DNA of 63,849 nucleotides, counting the filler, from Octopus bimaculoides (taxonomy: Eukaryota): the NCBI RefSeq assembly GCF_001194135.2. It is 7 parts of 6 records of this genome, joined end to end, with 100 filler letters (N's around TTAATTAATTAA, not from the genome) between each part and the next. Parts side by side here need not be neighbours in the genome. Positions count along the whole stretch, not along the records: positions 30,626 to 39,748 come from NC_068983.1; positions 39,849 to 51,864 come from NC_068984.1; 5 more parts are not named here. The stretch is one strand, 5' to 3'. Shown here piece after piece: positions 38,370 to 51,710 of the stretch (within the stretch, counting starts at the first letter, position 1; every line of letters starts with the position of its first letter). Below the pieces are notes generated by a model, which did not search any database, was not told where the DNA came from, and saw only the letters and a list, made by a program, of their open reading frames with translations. Position numbers and translations under genes: made by a program.

Positions 38370-38522
38370 TTTTTCAGTTTCTGCCTACCAAATCCACCCG
38401 CAATGCTTCGGTTAACCCAGGGCTATAGCAGAAGACACTTGCCCAAGTTGCCACACAGTGGTACTGAACCCGTAACTATGTGGTTGGGAGGCAAACTTCT
38501 TACCACATAGCCACGCCTGTGT
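38370..38522 (-). mobile_element. SINE family A head
   Basis: Reverse-complement match to the family A head and body. Confidence 0.8.
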
Positions 38523-38578
38523 GTTTATACATATTTTACTTGTGTGTGGGGTGGAGATGAGTGAGTGAGTGAGTGTGT

Positions 38579-38622
<44 letters not shown>

Positions 38623-39426
38623 GTGCAAGCACTCTGTTTTTGTTGTTGGCAAATACAAAATATTTATAGTTGGCTGAAATTTCATATTTGTTGCAGTTTT
38701 TACTTTTCTTCTAGTGAAACTCAGTTCTTGATATCAGTGATACTTACGTTGGCTTGGTAAGAGCTTTCAGGATTACTTTAGGAAGTAAATTAGAAACTGC
38801 CACAAATATAAAATTTCAACCAACAAGAAAAATTTTTTTTATTAGTGAATAGAACAGAGATACACACACATATGTGCGCATATGCGCACATACACACACA
38901 CACATGTATTATATAATGCATTAAATATATCTTTTTTAGTATAGTGATATGTCATAATATCTTATTGTATTTATATATATATGTATATGCATGTATGTGC
39001 CTTTATATATATATATATATACATACATACATACATACATATATNNNNNNNNNNAGATAGATAGATAGATAGATAGATAGAGAGATAGATAGTCATATAT
39101 ATGCATAGTTATTCATTCATTTTTTTATAAATCTGTATATATGTATGTATACTCATATACACACACACATCGTCATCAACACCACCACCATCATCATTAC
39201 CATCTTTTAACATCCACTTTTCAATGCTTGCATGGGTCAAACAGAATTTGTTGAGGCAGATTTTCTACAGCCGTCATCAACCCTCACATATTTCCAAGAG
39301 AAAACATTATTTCTCCATGTGCAGACATTTTTTAAGATTGGAAATGAATGACCATTACTTGTATGATGGTAACTGTCATGTGATATCAAGATATGAGAAC
39401 ACGCCTCCATACATATACATACACAC

Positions 39427-39461
<35 letters not shown>

Positions 39462-39471
39462 NNNNNNNNNN

Positions 39472-39505
<34 letters not shown>

Positions 39506-39892
39506 ATATGTGTGTGTGTGTCTTTTCTCTTGTCTTTTATTATCTTTTACTTGTTTCAGTTATTAAACTGTGCCCATGCTGAAGCACTGCCTTGAATTTT
39601 TAGTTGAATAAATTGATCCCATCGGTACCTTTTGACAAACTGCTAGGTTATGGGGATGCAAACTCACCAACATCAGTTGTCAAGCAGTAATGAGGGGACA
39701 AACACAGACAAAACGACACACACATAGATATAAATATATATATATATANNNNNNNNNNNNNNNNNNNNNNNNNNNNNNNNNNNNNNNNNNNNTTAATTAA
39801 TTAANNNNNNNNNNNNNNNNNNNNNNNNNNNNNNNNNNNNNNNNNNNNTATATATATATACATACATACATACATACATACATACATACATA

Positions 39893-40950
39893 CATACAAG
39901 ACAGGTGGTGTAGAAAGCAAACAGATGTATTAGTATAATGCTTGGGAATTGAAAAGGTCTTTAACGTTTCGAGCCTACGCTCTTCCACAGAAAGGAACAC
40001 GGATAGAAAGAGAGAAACAAGCAGAGAAAAAAATGTGTGTAGTGGTTTGCGATCTATCATGGCGAATGCTAGACAGACGGGTAACACAGGAGAGCTAAGA
40101 AGAATGGGAGATAAGAAACTAGTAGTGATCCTAAAACGAAGGTGCGAGTGTGTAAGAGAGAACGTATGTGCTTGTGAAAGAGGGCTGGTGATCTTGACTT
40201 GTGTGTGTAGGTGAGGATGGAAATTGGTCAGTGCTGGTGTGAGCATGGTGGTGTTGTGATGTGATGTGATGTGTTGTGTGGTATGGTGTAGTGTGGTGTG
40301 GTGTGATGGTGGTGAGAGTGGGGAAACCATGGGTGGGGTATGGGTTAGGCTGAGGGTGGGGTATGTGGGAGAGGGTGTAAGGGATGGGATGAGAAAGATG
40401 GGGAAGGTGGGGTAGGAGTGGGATGGGCTTATGAAGGAGGGTTGATGATGAAAGGGAAAGGGGGAGGTGGGTATGAGATTAGAGAGAAAAGGGAAAGAGT
40501 AGGAATGAAGAGAAGTAGGAGTCAGAGCAAGAGAAGAGAGGTCGGTGGTAGGAAGTAGGAGGGAGGGAGAGAGAGGCAAGAGGAGGAGAGTTGAGCTCAT
40601 GTGGCGAGAAGAGAGAAGATTAATCCCTGTTCATGGCAAACTGGAGTCCAGATGACCCCTGTGCAAGGACAATCCAAACACGGACAGGTGTTGCAAAGAG
40701 TTACCGGTAGAGCAGAAATGGCGTGAGACCGGGGTGTCATTGCTGATGCGGATGTCTTGGAGGTATTCTGCGAACTGGTCAGCCAAGCAGCGTCCCGTTT
40801 GTCCGATGTACAGAGAATGGCAGACTGAGCAGGAGATGAAATAGATGATATTGGTAGAAGTGCAAGTGAAGGAGTTGGTAATGTGATAGGGTCGATGATG
40901 GGTGCAGGTGAGGAGTTGCAGTTGCCGGTGTTGGAGAAGTAAAACGGAGA
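39893..40950 (-). mobile_element. Penelope-like element 3' portion: GIY-YIG endonuclease, low-complexity spacer and terminal hammerhead-like motif
   Basis: FTCTSTNIIYFISCSVCHSLYIGQTGRCLADQFAEY..PVSRHF (GIY-YIG with the PLE-type Cys motif); terminal segment homologous to 7720-7860. Confidence 0.85.
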
Positions 40951-41123
40951 AATAAAATGTGTATGAATAAACATTGCCAGATAGCAAATAGTGACTTGGA
41001 CATTGCTTAGTAAATATTTTTCANNNNNNNNNNNNNNNNNNNNNNNNNNNNNNNNNNNNNNNNNNNNNNNNNNNNNNNNNNNNNNNNNNNNNNNNNNNNN
41101 NNNNNNNNNNNNNNNNNNNNNNN

Positions 41124-41169
<46 letters not shown>

Positions 41170-41944
41170 GCACGCATGCACACACACACACATTGGTAAA
41201 GAGTGTAAATACTGGTGTGAGTGCATAAGGTACACACATGTGTATGTATATATACATAAACATGCATGTACATGCACACATGGACATAAACATATGTATA
41301 TCTACACACACACACACCATATGCTTCCACACACAGCCCTTTTTTTTTCTCTACCAAATTTCATTCACAAAGAATGGTCAATCCAAGTTTATGGATAATG
41401 ACATTTTCTATGCAATACTATTGAACTCTGTATCCTATAGCTGCAAAGTGAACTTCTTATACACACAGTTTCTGATTTAGGCAATTTGGAAGAAGACCAG
41501 ATGACTAAATTGATCTCAGTACTTGACTGGTATTTAATTTTATTGACTCTAAGAAGGATGAAAGGCAAAATTGAACATAAAGAGCCTGAAGAAACACTGC
41601 AAGGATTGACTTTGTCTAATGTTCTAATAGTGCTGACAAATCTTTCTTATAATAATAATTGGGTATTTGTTCATATGCTGTCCACTTAGTGTTTAATGAA
41701 AGAAGTAGATAGCCATTAATAGTATGTTGGCCCTTTAGCAACAAACCAGTCATTAACAAATTCCTTAGCCATGGTAAAGCAGCATTTTTGTTTGGCAGCC
41801 AGAGTTTGGTTGCAAAATGATGGATAGGTAGGCAGATAGGTAGACAGATACATAAAATGACTGTATAATTATATCCACACATACATGTAGACATATATGA
41901 AGACTATTTACATATGCATATATAGACTCTGTGTGGGTGTGTAG

Positions 41945-42005
<61 letters not shown>

Positions 42006-42810
42006 TTACCATCATCATGTGTCTGTTTTCCATGCTAGTATAGGTTGGGCAGCTTGATAAGATTTGGTGATCTGCAGGGCAGCATTGAGCTACAATGACA
42101 GTTCTAGCATGGTTTCTATAACAGGATGCCCTTCCCAATGTCAACCTCTTTACAGTGTGTACAGGTGCTTTTTTTCAGTTCACTGGCGCTAGCAAACACA
42201 TCAAGTATTTTGCATGATAGGAAAATAACATGTATGTTGATGAATGTATATATGTGTGCGTGCTTGTCTAACCCTTTTAGCATTTAGATTACTCTGTCAA
42301 GTATAAAGTTTATTTATTCACATTGATTTGAATTAGCCATGTATTATCTTGTAGCTTTGGAATTTCACTGATGTGAGTGTTTATTTTTAGAACAATATTG
42401 TAGGGTAAGTGTGACAGGCCAGATGTGGCCTGTTTGAACTTAAAACAAGTAGGATATTTTGGCTGGATATAGCTTGTTTAAATGTTAAAGGGTTAACAAC
42501 AGTAACAAAATGAACAATAATACAAAACGATTCAAGCCTTTGGCAAACAAGGTGGTTACAGGCTTAACTTTTAGAAAGAAAAAAAAAAAGAGACAATTTC
42601 CTTCATCAGCCACCAAACAAAATGATACTAATTGCAGAATGGCAAAAGTAAAATTAATATTCTAAACTCAAGAACTGCTTTTCTTTCTTTCTTATTATTT
42701 GTAAATTATCTAAATTCACAAAACATATCCATCTGGATATATTTTGCACATGTATCAGTACACAAATGACTTTCCCTATCAACTTATTTTCCCACTGCTT
42801 TAGCTGTTTT

Positions 42811-42953
42811 CCTACCCAGGTTGCGTGATCACCGGCGAGGCGACTTTCGTATGCCCGGTCGAGTAGGAGGGTCCCGCGGCGTGCACGGAAGCCACGGGTG
42901 CGAGCCCGGGTGAAGCCGACCGTAGGTGCAGATCTCGGTGGTAGTAGCAAATA
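42811..42953 (+). pseudogene. Isolated 28S (LSU) rRNA fragment
   Basis: CGAGTAGGAGGG...GAAGCC...GCCCGGGTGAAGCC..GTAGGTGCAGATCTCGGTGGTAGTAGCAAATA matches the conserved eukaryotic LSU core as I recall it; a GC-rich island in AT-rich flanks. Confidence 0.85.
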
Positions 42954-45294
42954 GGGAGTAGTGATGGGCAAAAGACCTGTGTGTACACATACACACATGT
43001 CAAAAAATGTGTGGACTGTATAATAGCTTTCTATGTTGAGAGGTGTGTTAGGCATACATCAAGGACATTTTTATAAAAGATTGTGTCTTAACCAATAACT
43101 TCATAACCAAGAAAGAAAAAAACACACACCAAAAGCAAGCATCATGAACAGATCCACTTACAATAATAATAATAATAATGATGAAATTTCAAATAGGTAC
43201 AATATCAGAAAGCGCAGTTGATTATATTGACTCAGTATTTGATTGGCACTATTTTCTGTACACAAGCATAAAATATCTATGTGTATATGAATATATTTAA
43301 TATTTGTGGTTGTATTCATTGTTTGTTGCAGCTCAGGAAGTAATGCCAAATGAGATGATTATCTCTTAAACTGTTTTCTCTCAATATTGCTTATATTTCA
43401 TAGAGAATTTAAGGATTTTGCATTTTCGTTAAAAATAACAAAGCAAAATGATATGTTTAATGCGCTATTAAAATAAAAGGAGGATTAATTTATTAAGAGG
43501 AAAAAAAAAAAATAATATCCCATTCCTCTTCTGTATTCTCTTCAAAGGTGTTCTAAAAATAAAACATCATTGAATGATAGTTAAGAAGCAATGTAACCTG
43601 ATCAATTGTAATTGATTTGAATGTGTTAAGTTTTATTGATCTTCAAATGGTTGTAATTTTAAAATAAATTTTTGATTTACTTTTTCAAAAATTGTGAAAT
43701 GAAGTTACTTAAACTTAACAAAATTTATCAAACTAATGTTTAGATAAGTGTCATACCAAAAAAATCTCAGATTAAATTTTGACAATTTTTTTGTTACCTT
43801 CTTGATCATTGATGTTTTTTTTCTTTTTTTCTTTCCTTGCTTGGCAAATCCTGTTCCAATACATAAATGCTTGAATAACTTCAGTAATTAGGATAAACTA
43901 TGAAGAAATGTTTTGGTGAGCAAGTAATGACATTTTTGACATTTTAGATATAAATTTAGTGAGAGATAACTTAAGAAGATATTCTTCTAAGTAAAATGTC
44001 ACTCAAATTATTCTGTATTCATATAGATAACTTGGCAAAGATTTTCAGTATGCTACAACCACTCATTTATCTAAGGATTTTAATTAGTTTTAATGCAAAT
44101 AACATAGATTTGCTAATTTAATTACCAGTTAAGAATTTATTATTGTTAATCTTCAACTTATATCATCTACTTGCTTCAGTCAGTGGACTGTAACCATGCA
44201 GGAATACTGTTTTGAATGGTTTAGTCAAACAAATTGACTCTGGTACTTATTCAGTTGGTTTCTTTTGCCAAATCGCTAAGTTATGGGTAATGTATATAAA
44301 GACCTCCTCCTCCCACATGTATGCATGCACACACACACACTATATATATATATATATATAAATAATATATAAATATATGCATATATTCATACATATATGC
44401 ACATACCTACATCTATATGTATACATGCAAGCATATATGAGTACAGGACATCATAAAAAAATGTTAAACACAATGAGAAATGAAAACATAAAGACGAAGA
44501 CAGAAAGCAAACTTTTTTTCAAACAAAGAAAAAAAACAGAAACGAGACTTGTTTTTTTCATTGTTCGAAAAAAAGTTTTTCTGTCTTTGTTTTTATGTTT
44601 TCGTTTCTCATATATATATATATGTGTGTATATATATATGTGTATATATATATGTGTATATATATATGTGTATATATACATGTGTATATATATATATATG
44701 TATATATATATATGTATATATATATATATGTATATATATGTATATGTGTGTGTATTCATGCACACCTGACAAGCTTCCACAGTTTCTGTCTACTAAATTC
44801 ACTTCTAAAGTATAATTACCATCTTGAGAAAAGGTTGATGATGTTCATCATCATACATCCATTTTTTCCATGCTTGCATAAGTTGAACAGGTCTTCTTAT
44901 TTGCCACTGTCTACTGTCCTCTTCCTTGTGTACTTCAGTCTCCTGTGATTAGCTTTTATCACATTTCTAATGATTTCCTCGAAATCCATCTACTTTTGGT
45001 TTGTTCTATATGGATTGTTTGTCACTTCTTTACCTATTTGTCATTCACTTCATAGAGTACATTTGAAACTCACTAAAGTTTTGATTTTTTTTTTTCTTAT
45101 CAATTTTGTAATGATCAGTTGATTACATACTATTCTACTTGATCTAATTGTTTTTTACCCTTTCAATTTACATTGCTTGCTATACTTGGAAAATGATTGT
45201 TTTATGAGTCCTGTGATGAAATGATACATTCCTGGCATTAATGTCACATGAAATGATGATATGAATAATATTACTCTTCAATATTTCATGAGAT

Positions 45295-45750
45295 GAAGGC
45301 AATGAGCTGACAGAATCATTAGCAGGCAAAATGCTTAGTGGTATTTTGTCTATCTTCACATTCTGAATTTAAGTTCCACTGAGGTCGGTTTCACTTTTCA
45401 TCCCTTTTGCGGATGATAAAAGAAGTTCTAGTTGAGCAATGGGGTTGATGTAATCATCTTATCTCCTTCCCCGAAATTGCTGGTCTTGTGCCAAAATTTG
45501 AAATCGATATTTTTTAGTAATATAAGGTGGTGAGCTGGCAGAATCGTTAGCATACCAGGCAAAGTGCTTAGTGGTATTTTTGTCTGTCTTCGTGTTCTGA
45601 TTTCAAATTCTGTTGATGTTGCCTTTGCCTTTCATCCCTTTCGGGCTCAATAAAATAAGTACCAGTTGAACACTGGGGTTGATGTTGTTGAATTACCTCC
45701 TCTCTCAAAATTACTGGTGTTATGTAAACATTTGAAATCAGCATTTCATG
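45295..45750 (+). mobile_element. Two tandem SINE family E copies
   Basis: Heads at about 45300 and 45530; central motif in both. Confidence 0.8.
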
Positions 45751-46042
45751 AGATGTTTGAGCTGCAGAGAAGGCCACTAAGTGGCTTTGAATAAAGAGGG
45801 CAGAACAGTGTTTTACTGCTACTAGGATGCAAGATAGGACTTGATTAATCCTGGCTGGGTCAGCTGGGTAAGAGAGTCTGATGTTGAAAGTCCTGAAACC
45901 CTTTGAGACCCCAGAAGCATCACTGATGATACATCCCTGAGCATCCATAAGATGTATCTTATAAATTGTCAACTGAAACCAACTCATCTAGCAGCTATTA
46001 TTTCTACAGAAGGATCTTAGAAACTCAGTTCGGTGGAATTCT

Positions 46043-46570
46043 GGTTTAAGCACCCCATATAAGTTTTTTACTTTTTGGAATTTTCAGAAAATTTTTGTGA
46101 ATAAGTGTTCTACACACAAGTTTTCATACAATAATGTAAAAAAGAAAAAAGAAAAAAAGAAAATGATTTTTCTTCTGTGTGTGTGATTTAAGGGCGAATT
46201 TTAGCACAACTCATGACCACCCAATACCTTTCTTATTTCATTGTTACTCTGACATATATTGATGCTTTTCAATAATTTTCTCTCCATAAACACATTTAAT
46301 GGAATGATGATGCACCCAAGGGTGGCCCATTGCAGGGATTTAAGCAAAACAATTCAGACTGTCCATACTTTAAACTCTAATTTTTAAAAAAAGAAATTCA
46401 AAAAGGAATGGAACTTCTAGGATTTCTGAGGGGTGGGCAGGGGTTTTAAAAATTAAGAAATATTTTTTTATAATCGTATGAATTCCTGTGTGTAGAATAC
46501 AAAATTTGCAAACATTTTTTGAAAATTCCACAAAATAAAGTTATGAGGTGTTATATATGGTTCTTAAACT
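46043..46570. mobile_element. MITE-like element with imperfect ~100-bp TIRs
   Basis: 46043-46145 aligns to the reverse complement of 46462-46570 (GTTTAAG..ACC, GGAATTTTCA, TTCTACACACA, TTCATAC). Confidence 0.55.
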
Positions 46571-46599
46571 AACACCCCACTCTTATATATGTACATATA

Positions 46600-46865
46600 T
46601 GTAGGCATCCTTTTTGTCTCGGGAGACAATGGAGTTGCGCATAAAATAATCTAGTCCGGTTTTTGCATTTCATGTCCTAATACATCTCCTGCTGAGGTTG
46701 TGTAGTCCTATCCTTCACAAACACTCCCTCTGGAAGGTGCTGCAAATGTAGCGAAGACTTTGCCTGGCTGGTTGTAATGTCATAGTTTCTTGTTGATGTC
46801 TTTTCTTTCCATTTCTCCTCTCTCCCTCTGTCACTCCTTTGTGTTCCCTCTTCTATGGTGCGTCG
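46600..46865 (-). mobile_element. RTE-clade LINE extreme 3' end
   Basis: Minus strand RRTIEEG..EEKWKEK..YICS..RIGLH pattern; CCATTGTCTCCCGAGACAAAAAGGATGCC end. Confidence 0.6.
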
Positions 46866-47006
46866 CCGTAACTTAGCAGTTCAGCAAAAGAGACCAATAG
46901 AATAAGTACTAGGCTTACAAAAAATTAGTCCTGAGGTTGATTTGCTCGACTAAAGGTGGTACTCCAGCATGGCCGCAGTCAAATGACTGAAATGAGTAAA
47001 AGAGTA
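46866..47006 (+). mobile_element. SINE family A tail
   Basis: CCGTAACTTAGC...CCAGCATGGCCGCAGTCAAATGACTGAAA. Confidence 0.85.
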
Positions 47007-50000
47007 TATATATATACATACATACATACATACATACATATANNNNNNNNNNNNNNNNNNNNNNNNNNNNATATACATATAGGCTTCTTTCAGTTTCCAT
47101 ATACCAGATCCACTGAGAAGGCTTTGGCCAGTCTGAGGCTATAGTAGAAGACAGTGCCCAGAACCATGTGGTCGGGAAACAAGCTTCTTATCACACAGTC
47201 ATGCCTGTGCCTATATTTAACTATTTAATCAGCAATCATCACTGTCATTGGTTGATTCAGTGACTATTGTTTCATGCCTGCATGGTTCAGGAATACTTAC
47301 CTGGCCATTTCAGTTACTGTTTTAAATAGAAAATTGTAGTTACAGTAGTATGAATGCCAAAGCAAGTTTAATTGAAGGTATGGCTGTTGAAGGCCTTTCT
47401 TCCTGATGACAGTTGTATTATTGCTTTTAACTTGTTTTTCCTCTGTTGATATTTATTGAATTAGTAGTGTATTGAATTAACAGGAAATTGTCTAATAGTT
47501 TACATGTTGAAATTAAATTCCTGTTAAGGAAAAGTAAACTTCTATCTGATCTAACATTTTAAATCTTATTTCACTCTATTAGCAGCTTTTGTTTTCTTTC
47601 TTTCTTTCTTTCTCTCTCTCTCCCTCCCTCTACCTTTCATCTATCTGTCCTATCAAATGCTTCTTACCATGCTTTCTAAGATAAGCGTTTAACTACAAAA
47701 GGAAATAACTGCAATTGATTGGGCCTATCAGAAGAGAGAGTCACATCCTGATAGACTAATGATAGCTGGGCTTATGGCATTAAGAGCTTTGGAATGGGGA
47801 AAAGTGTGAGTATACAGACAGCAGGATCTGAAAGATTTTTATTGCAGCCATATCTGTTTCCCCTTCCTTATATTAACAGCTTAATGGCTTCCCCTGTTAT
47901 CTGTATTGTTCTAGGATCTACTGAACACACTTGGGTACATGAACATACTAATTCTATAATGATCTCTCCTTTTATAGTGGTAAGAAACTCTCAAGAGAGC
48001 TGAACAGCAGAAAGCCTTCAGAAAAGAACCCCCCTCCTCAACTTCAGTCAAGTGTTTTGGCCCTTAACTTTTTACACTCTCGGTGGGGGCAGGGGTCAGT
48101 TGCATCCAGGTCATGACTCCTGGGTGTCCATCTGCTGACTGACATTTTTTAGCCACTTGGATATTGGAGGCTTGTGCATTTAAACTGCCTGGAGATTTCA
48201 TCTGGTTGTAACTCCTCTCCTTTGACTCAGCTTTTCAAACCTGTACTTATAGAAGAAATAACATTGGTTATCCTGATAGTGAAACGTCAATGCTATCACA
48301 ATGAGACTCATTCAGTGTTACTTCCATCTGTTATAATAAAAGTGAAATTCTGTCTGGGACCCCTCTATCTCAGTCTACATTTGCTCTACATAGACATATT
48401 ATACCTTTTCAGAATTATAATGATCCAGGAATTGAAAATTTGCCCTTCATTTGATTCTTGATCATTCAGTACTGGGATCTGATTTAAAAACGTTTGGGTT
48501 GCTACTTCTAGCAGGTAAAGCTTGGCTGATTCATGCCATCTTGGTTGGCATTTGTTAGATGATGTCAGAGGTCAAGGGGGACAGAAATGACATTCAATTT
48601 ATCAATTTTATATCAAGATAAGAACTTTGGGACAACAGTTAGAATACAACTTGGGACTGGAGCACTAAAATGATTGCATTACAGAATTAATTCTCATCTG
48701 TCCTTAACCTCTAATCAAATACTACTAGGGCATATAGTCACTATAGATGTATTGTTGTCATGCTATTTAGCTCTCCTTACTTTTAGGCTGCAGGCCAAAT
48801 TAGCCCTCCATAGGACCTAACTTAAAAGTCCACACGGAGTGCAGCTTTTAAGCTAGTTAGCATTAAAGCATGAAAATATCCCTTTAAATGGTATGGAAGT
48901 CATTTTTGTTTCTCTTCAACTAGATTCAGCTGGAACATCTCTTCACTGTCTCCGATATTGCAATTAAGGCTTTGGTTCTGTTCTTCCCAGAGAATATTCA
49001 TTCTGTCAATAATGATGGAAATTATAATTATTAAAAATAATAAAATAAAATTAAAATATAGAAAACTGTGTATTTTTAAACACAGATATAAATGTCTTTG
49101 CTCTTATGTAATGAATTGTATTTCTTGTGGAATTCTTCATGATGCCTTTTTATTTTCTCATACATGACTTCTTTAAATTTGTTTTTTCCACATCTAAATT
49201 ACAATATCTCAGTGTTCCCTCAAATTTACACTCCTCTTTTATTGCATCTGCTCTGTCTTATGAGGCTCTGGAATATCTTTGTCTTTTTATTTCTCTTGTT
49301 CTAACTGTTCTTGATATAATCTTGTCACCACCTTTTTCTATCATTCCCTTGTTAATCTTCTTTGAAAAGCCATCTGTATAATGGGAATCAGATGTATTGA
49401 TACAGAATACATGTATGTGTATGTGTGTTAAGGGAATTAACTCCAAGCTTACCAGAGTTATTTCCCTTTGATAATGTGTACCATCTAAATAATACACAAC
49501 AGCATTTACTATAAGAGCGGTGAATTAAGAATAATGAAATAATGAAATGGTTTTTATTAAATTTTTCATTTATTGTTTTTTTCTGGTGACATCTTGAACT
49601 GTGCTTATTTGTCAATATATACATGGTACAGTAATAATTTTCATTAATATACATCTATTGGTGACAAAGATTCTGCAGTGTGACATTTCATGAAACTAGT
49701 ATGATGTTACAAGTAGGAAGCACTTTTTTCCCTTTTTCTTTCCTTTTTGTACATAGAATTCTATTCAATGAAAGAGGCATACATCAAAGCTGCTTCTCTC
49801 TCTCTAGCTTGTTTGCTCATCTCCCCTTTATATATATATTCTTTCATTTCTCTCTGACTTATCTCTTCTCTAACAAATATAATATTCTTTTCATCTCTGC
49901 AGCAGTAGTATTAACATATATAGTTAGTTATTAACATTCAGATATAGATTATTTTTTTAATATTGAGATACATTAGAAATTGCAGCATTCTGTTTGTGAT

Positions 50001-51663
50001 ACATGAGAAAATTTATTGCTAATCTTACTTCAGACTAGTTAAAAAAAAAAAAAAATAATACTATTGAGGACGTATAGATGAAGTTAATTATTTAAAAACA
50101 CAGGTTAGTATTAATTCTAATTTATAATAGAATAGTTAGGGTTAGAAATAGAATCAAGTTTAAAATGGTTCTATAAATAATAGATATACTCGAATTTGAA
50201 GAGTTATGTAACTATATTGATATGGGAAAATGGATGCCAGATAGGAATATAATAGGAAATATTGATGTCCTGCTTTCACATTCACTGAAATAAAGTCAGA
50301 AATATATTTTCTGATGCAATGCATATTGAAATTATTCTAAACAGTTCAGTGTGTGAAACTGACTGTTTGTGTTTATAACAGATTTGCTTACATCATAGCA
50401 TTCATTCACTTGCTTATTTAATGTTCATATTTTCCTTGCTGATATGGGTTGTATGGTGGGTGGGTGGTTATTTGAGGAAAGTCTTAAGGCTGGTTGCTGT
50501 TCCTGTCACCAACTCCTACCTTTATTTCTAGTAAAGGTCTCCTTCTTTTTTTCATAAAGGCCATATTCTTTTACTTGTTTCAGTCATTTGACAGCAGCCA
50601 TGCTGGAGCACTGCCTTAAAAGGATTTTAGTTGAAGAAATCGACCCCAGGACTTATTCTTTGTAAGTCTGGTACCTATTCTATCAGTCTCTTTTGCTGTA
50701 AAAGCTCCATACACTTTTAAAATCCAGCTGTACTTGTGAATCTCAACTGATCTTGTATCAGTGCACTGCACTTACTGTATATACCAGCTGGTGTCACCAC
50801 AAAAGTAGGTGCACTTATAAAAGCTAGCTACACCTGAAAATGTCATGTGTATTTGTTGCAAAGGCAGTTTCATTTATAGAAAACAACATTGTTCTTGGAG
50901 ATGCTATTTTCTCTTGTTTGTAGTAGTCAGCTGCTCCTTTTTTTAGGCATAAAATATTTTTCCTAACGCTTTTAATGTTAATCTGACTCTACTGTAAAAA
51001 TCTTTCGAAAAATTTTCTTTCATTTCTCTGAGATTCAGCCTTTTCTGAATATTTGTATAGATAATTCTATTCTGATTATGACTTCAGTGTCTTTATCCAA
51101 TTCAATGTATTCGGGTACCTCCTTGAAGAATTTTTAGTTGAATGAATTGACACCAGTACTTTTATTTTTTTTTTAAAGCCTGGTACTTATTCTATTGCTC
51201 TTTTTTGCCAAACTGCTAAGTTACAGGGACNNNNNNNNNNTGTCAAGCAATTGTGGGTGGGTGGGAGGGGGCATAGAAAGAACGGTCATAATGTAGACAA
51301 GGAATGTCTACTTCAGCATCTTGCCTAAATGGTGACAGGTAGAATATCAATATACATGCACATTTACAAATACATTCACAAACACACATTTTATTTGTTA
51401 GTAGAAGTTGTGTACTGTCTCTAACGAATCATATGGTTGCTACCCTTCTACCAAAATGCAAATTAGGCTTGGGGTTAAGCTTCTGTAATTATTTTACAGC
51501 AAAATGAAATCTGTTTTAATCGTATTCATGTTACAAATATGACTGTGTGATTAAGAAGCTTGCTTAAACAAACATGCAGCCTTGGGTTTAATCCCCCTGT
51601 GCAATACCTATGCAAGTATCTTCTGCTGTAGCCCAGGGCTGATCAAAGCTTTCTGAGTTAATT

Positions 51664-51710
<47 letters not shown>

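Noticed and set aside
39797-40600. 267-aa Pro/Ser/His-rich ORF
   Set aside because: Low-complexity spacer of the Penelope-like element; no domain
47293-47305. U1 snRNA 5' end (ATACTTACCTGGC)
   Set aside because: Only 13 nt match and no downstream U1 sequence; better read as a minus-strand splice donor or chance
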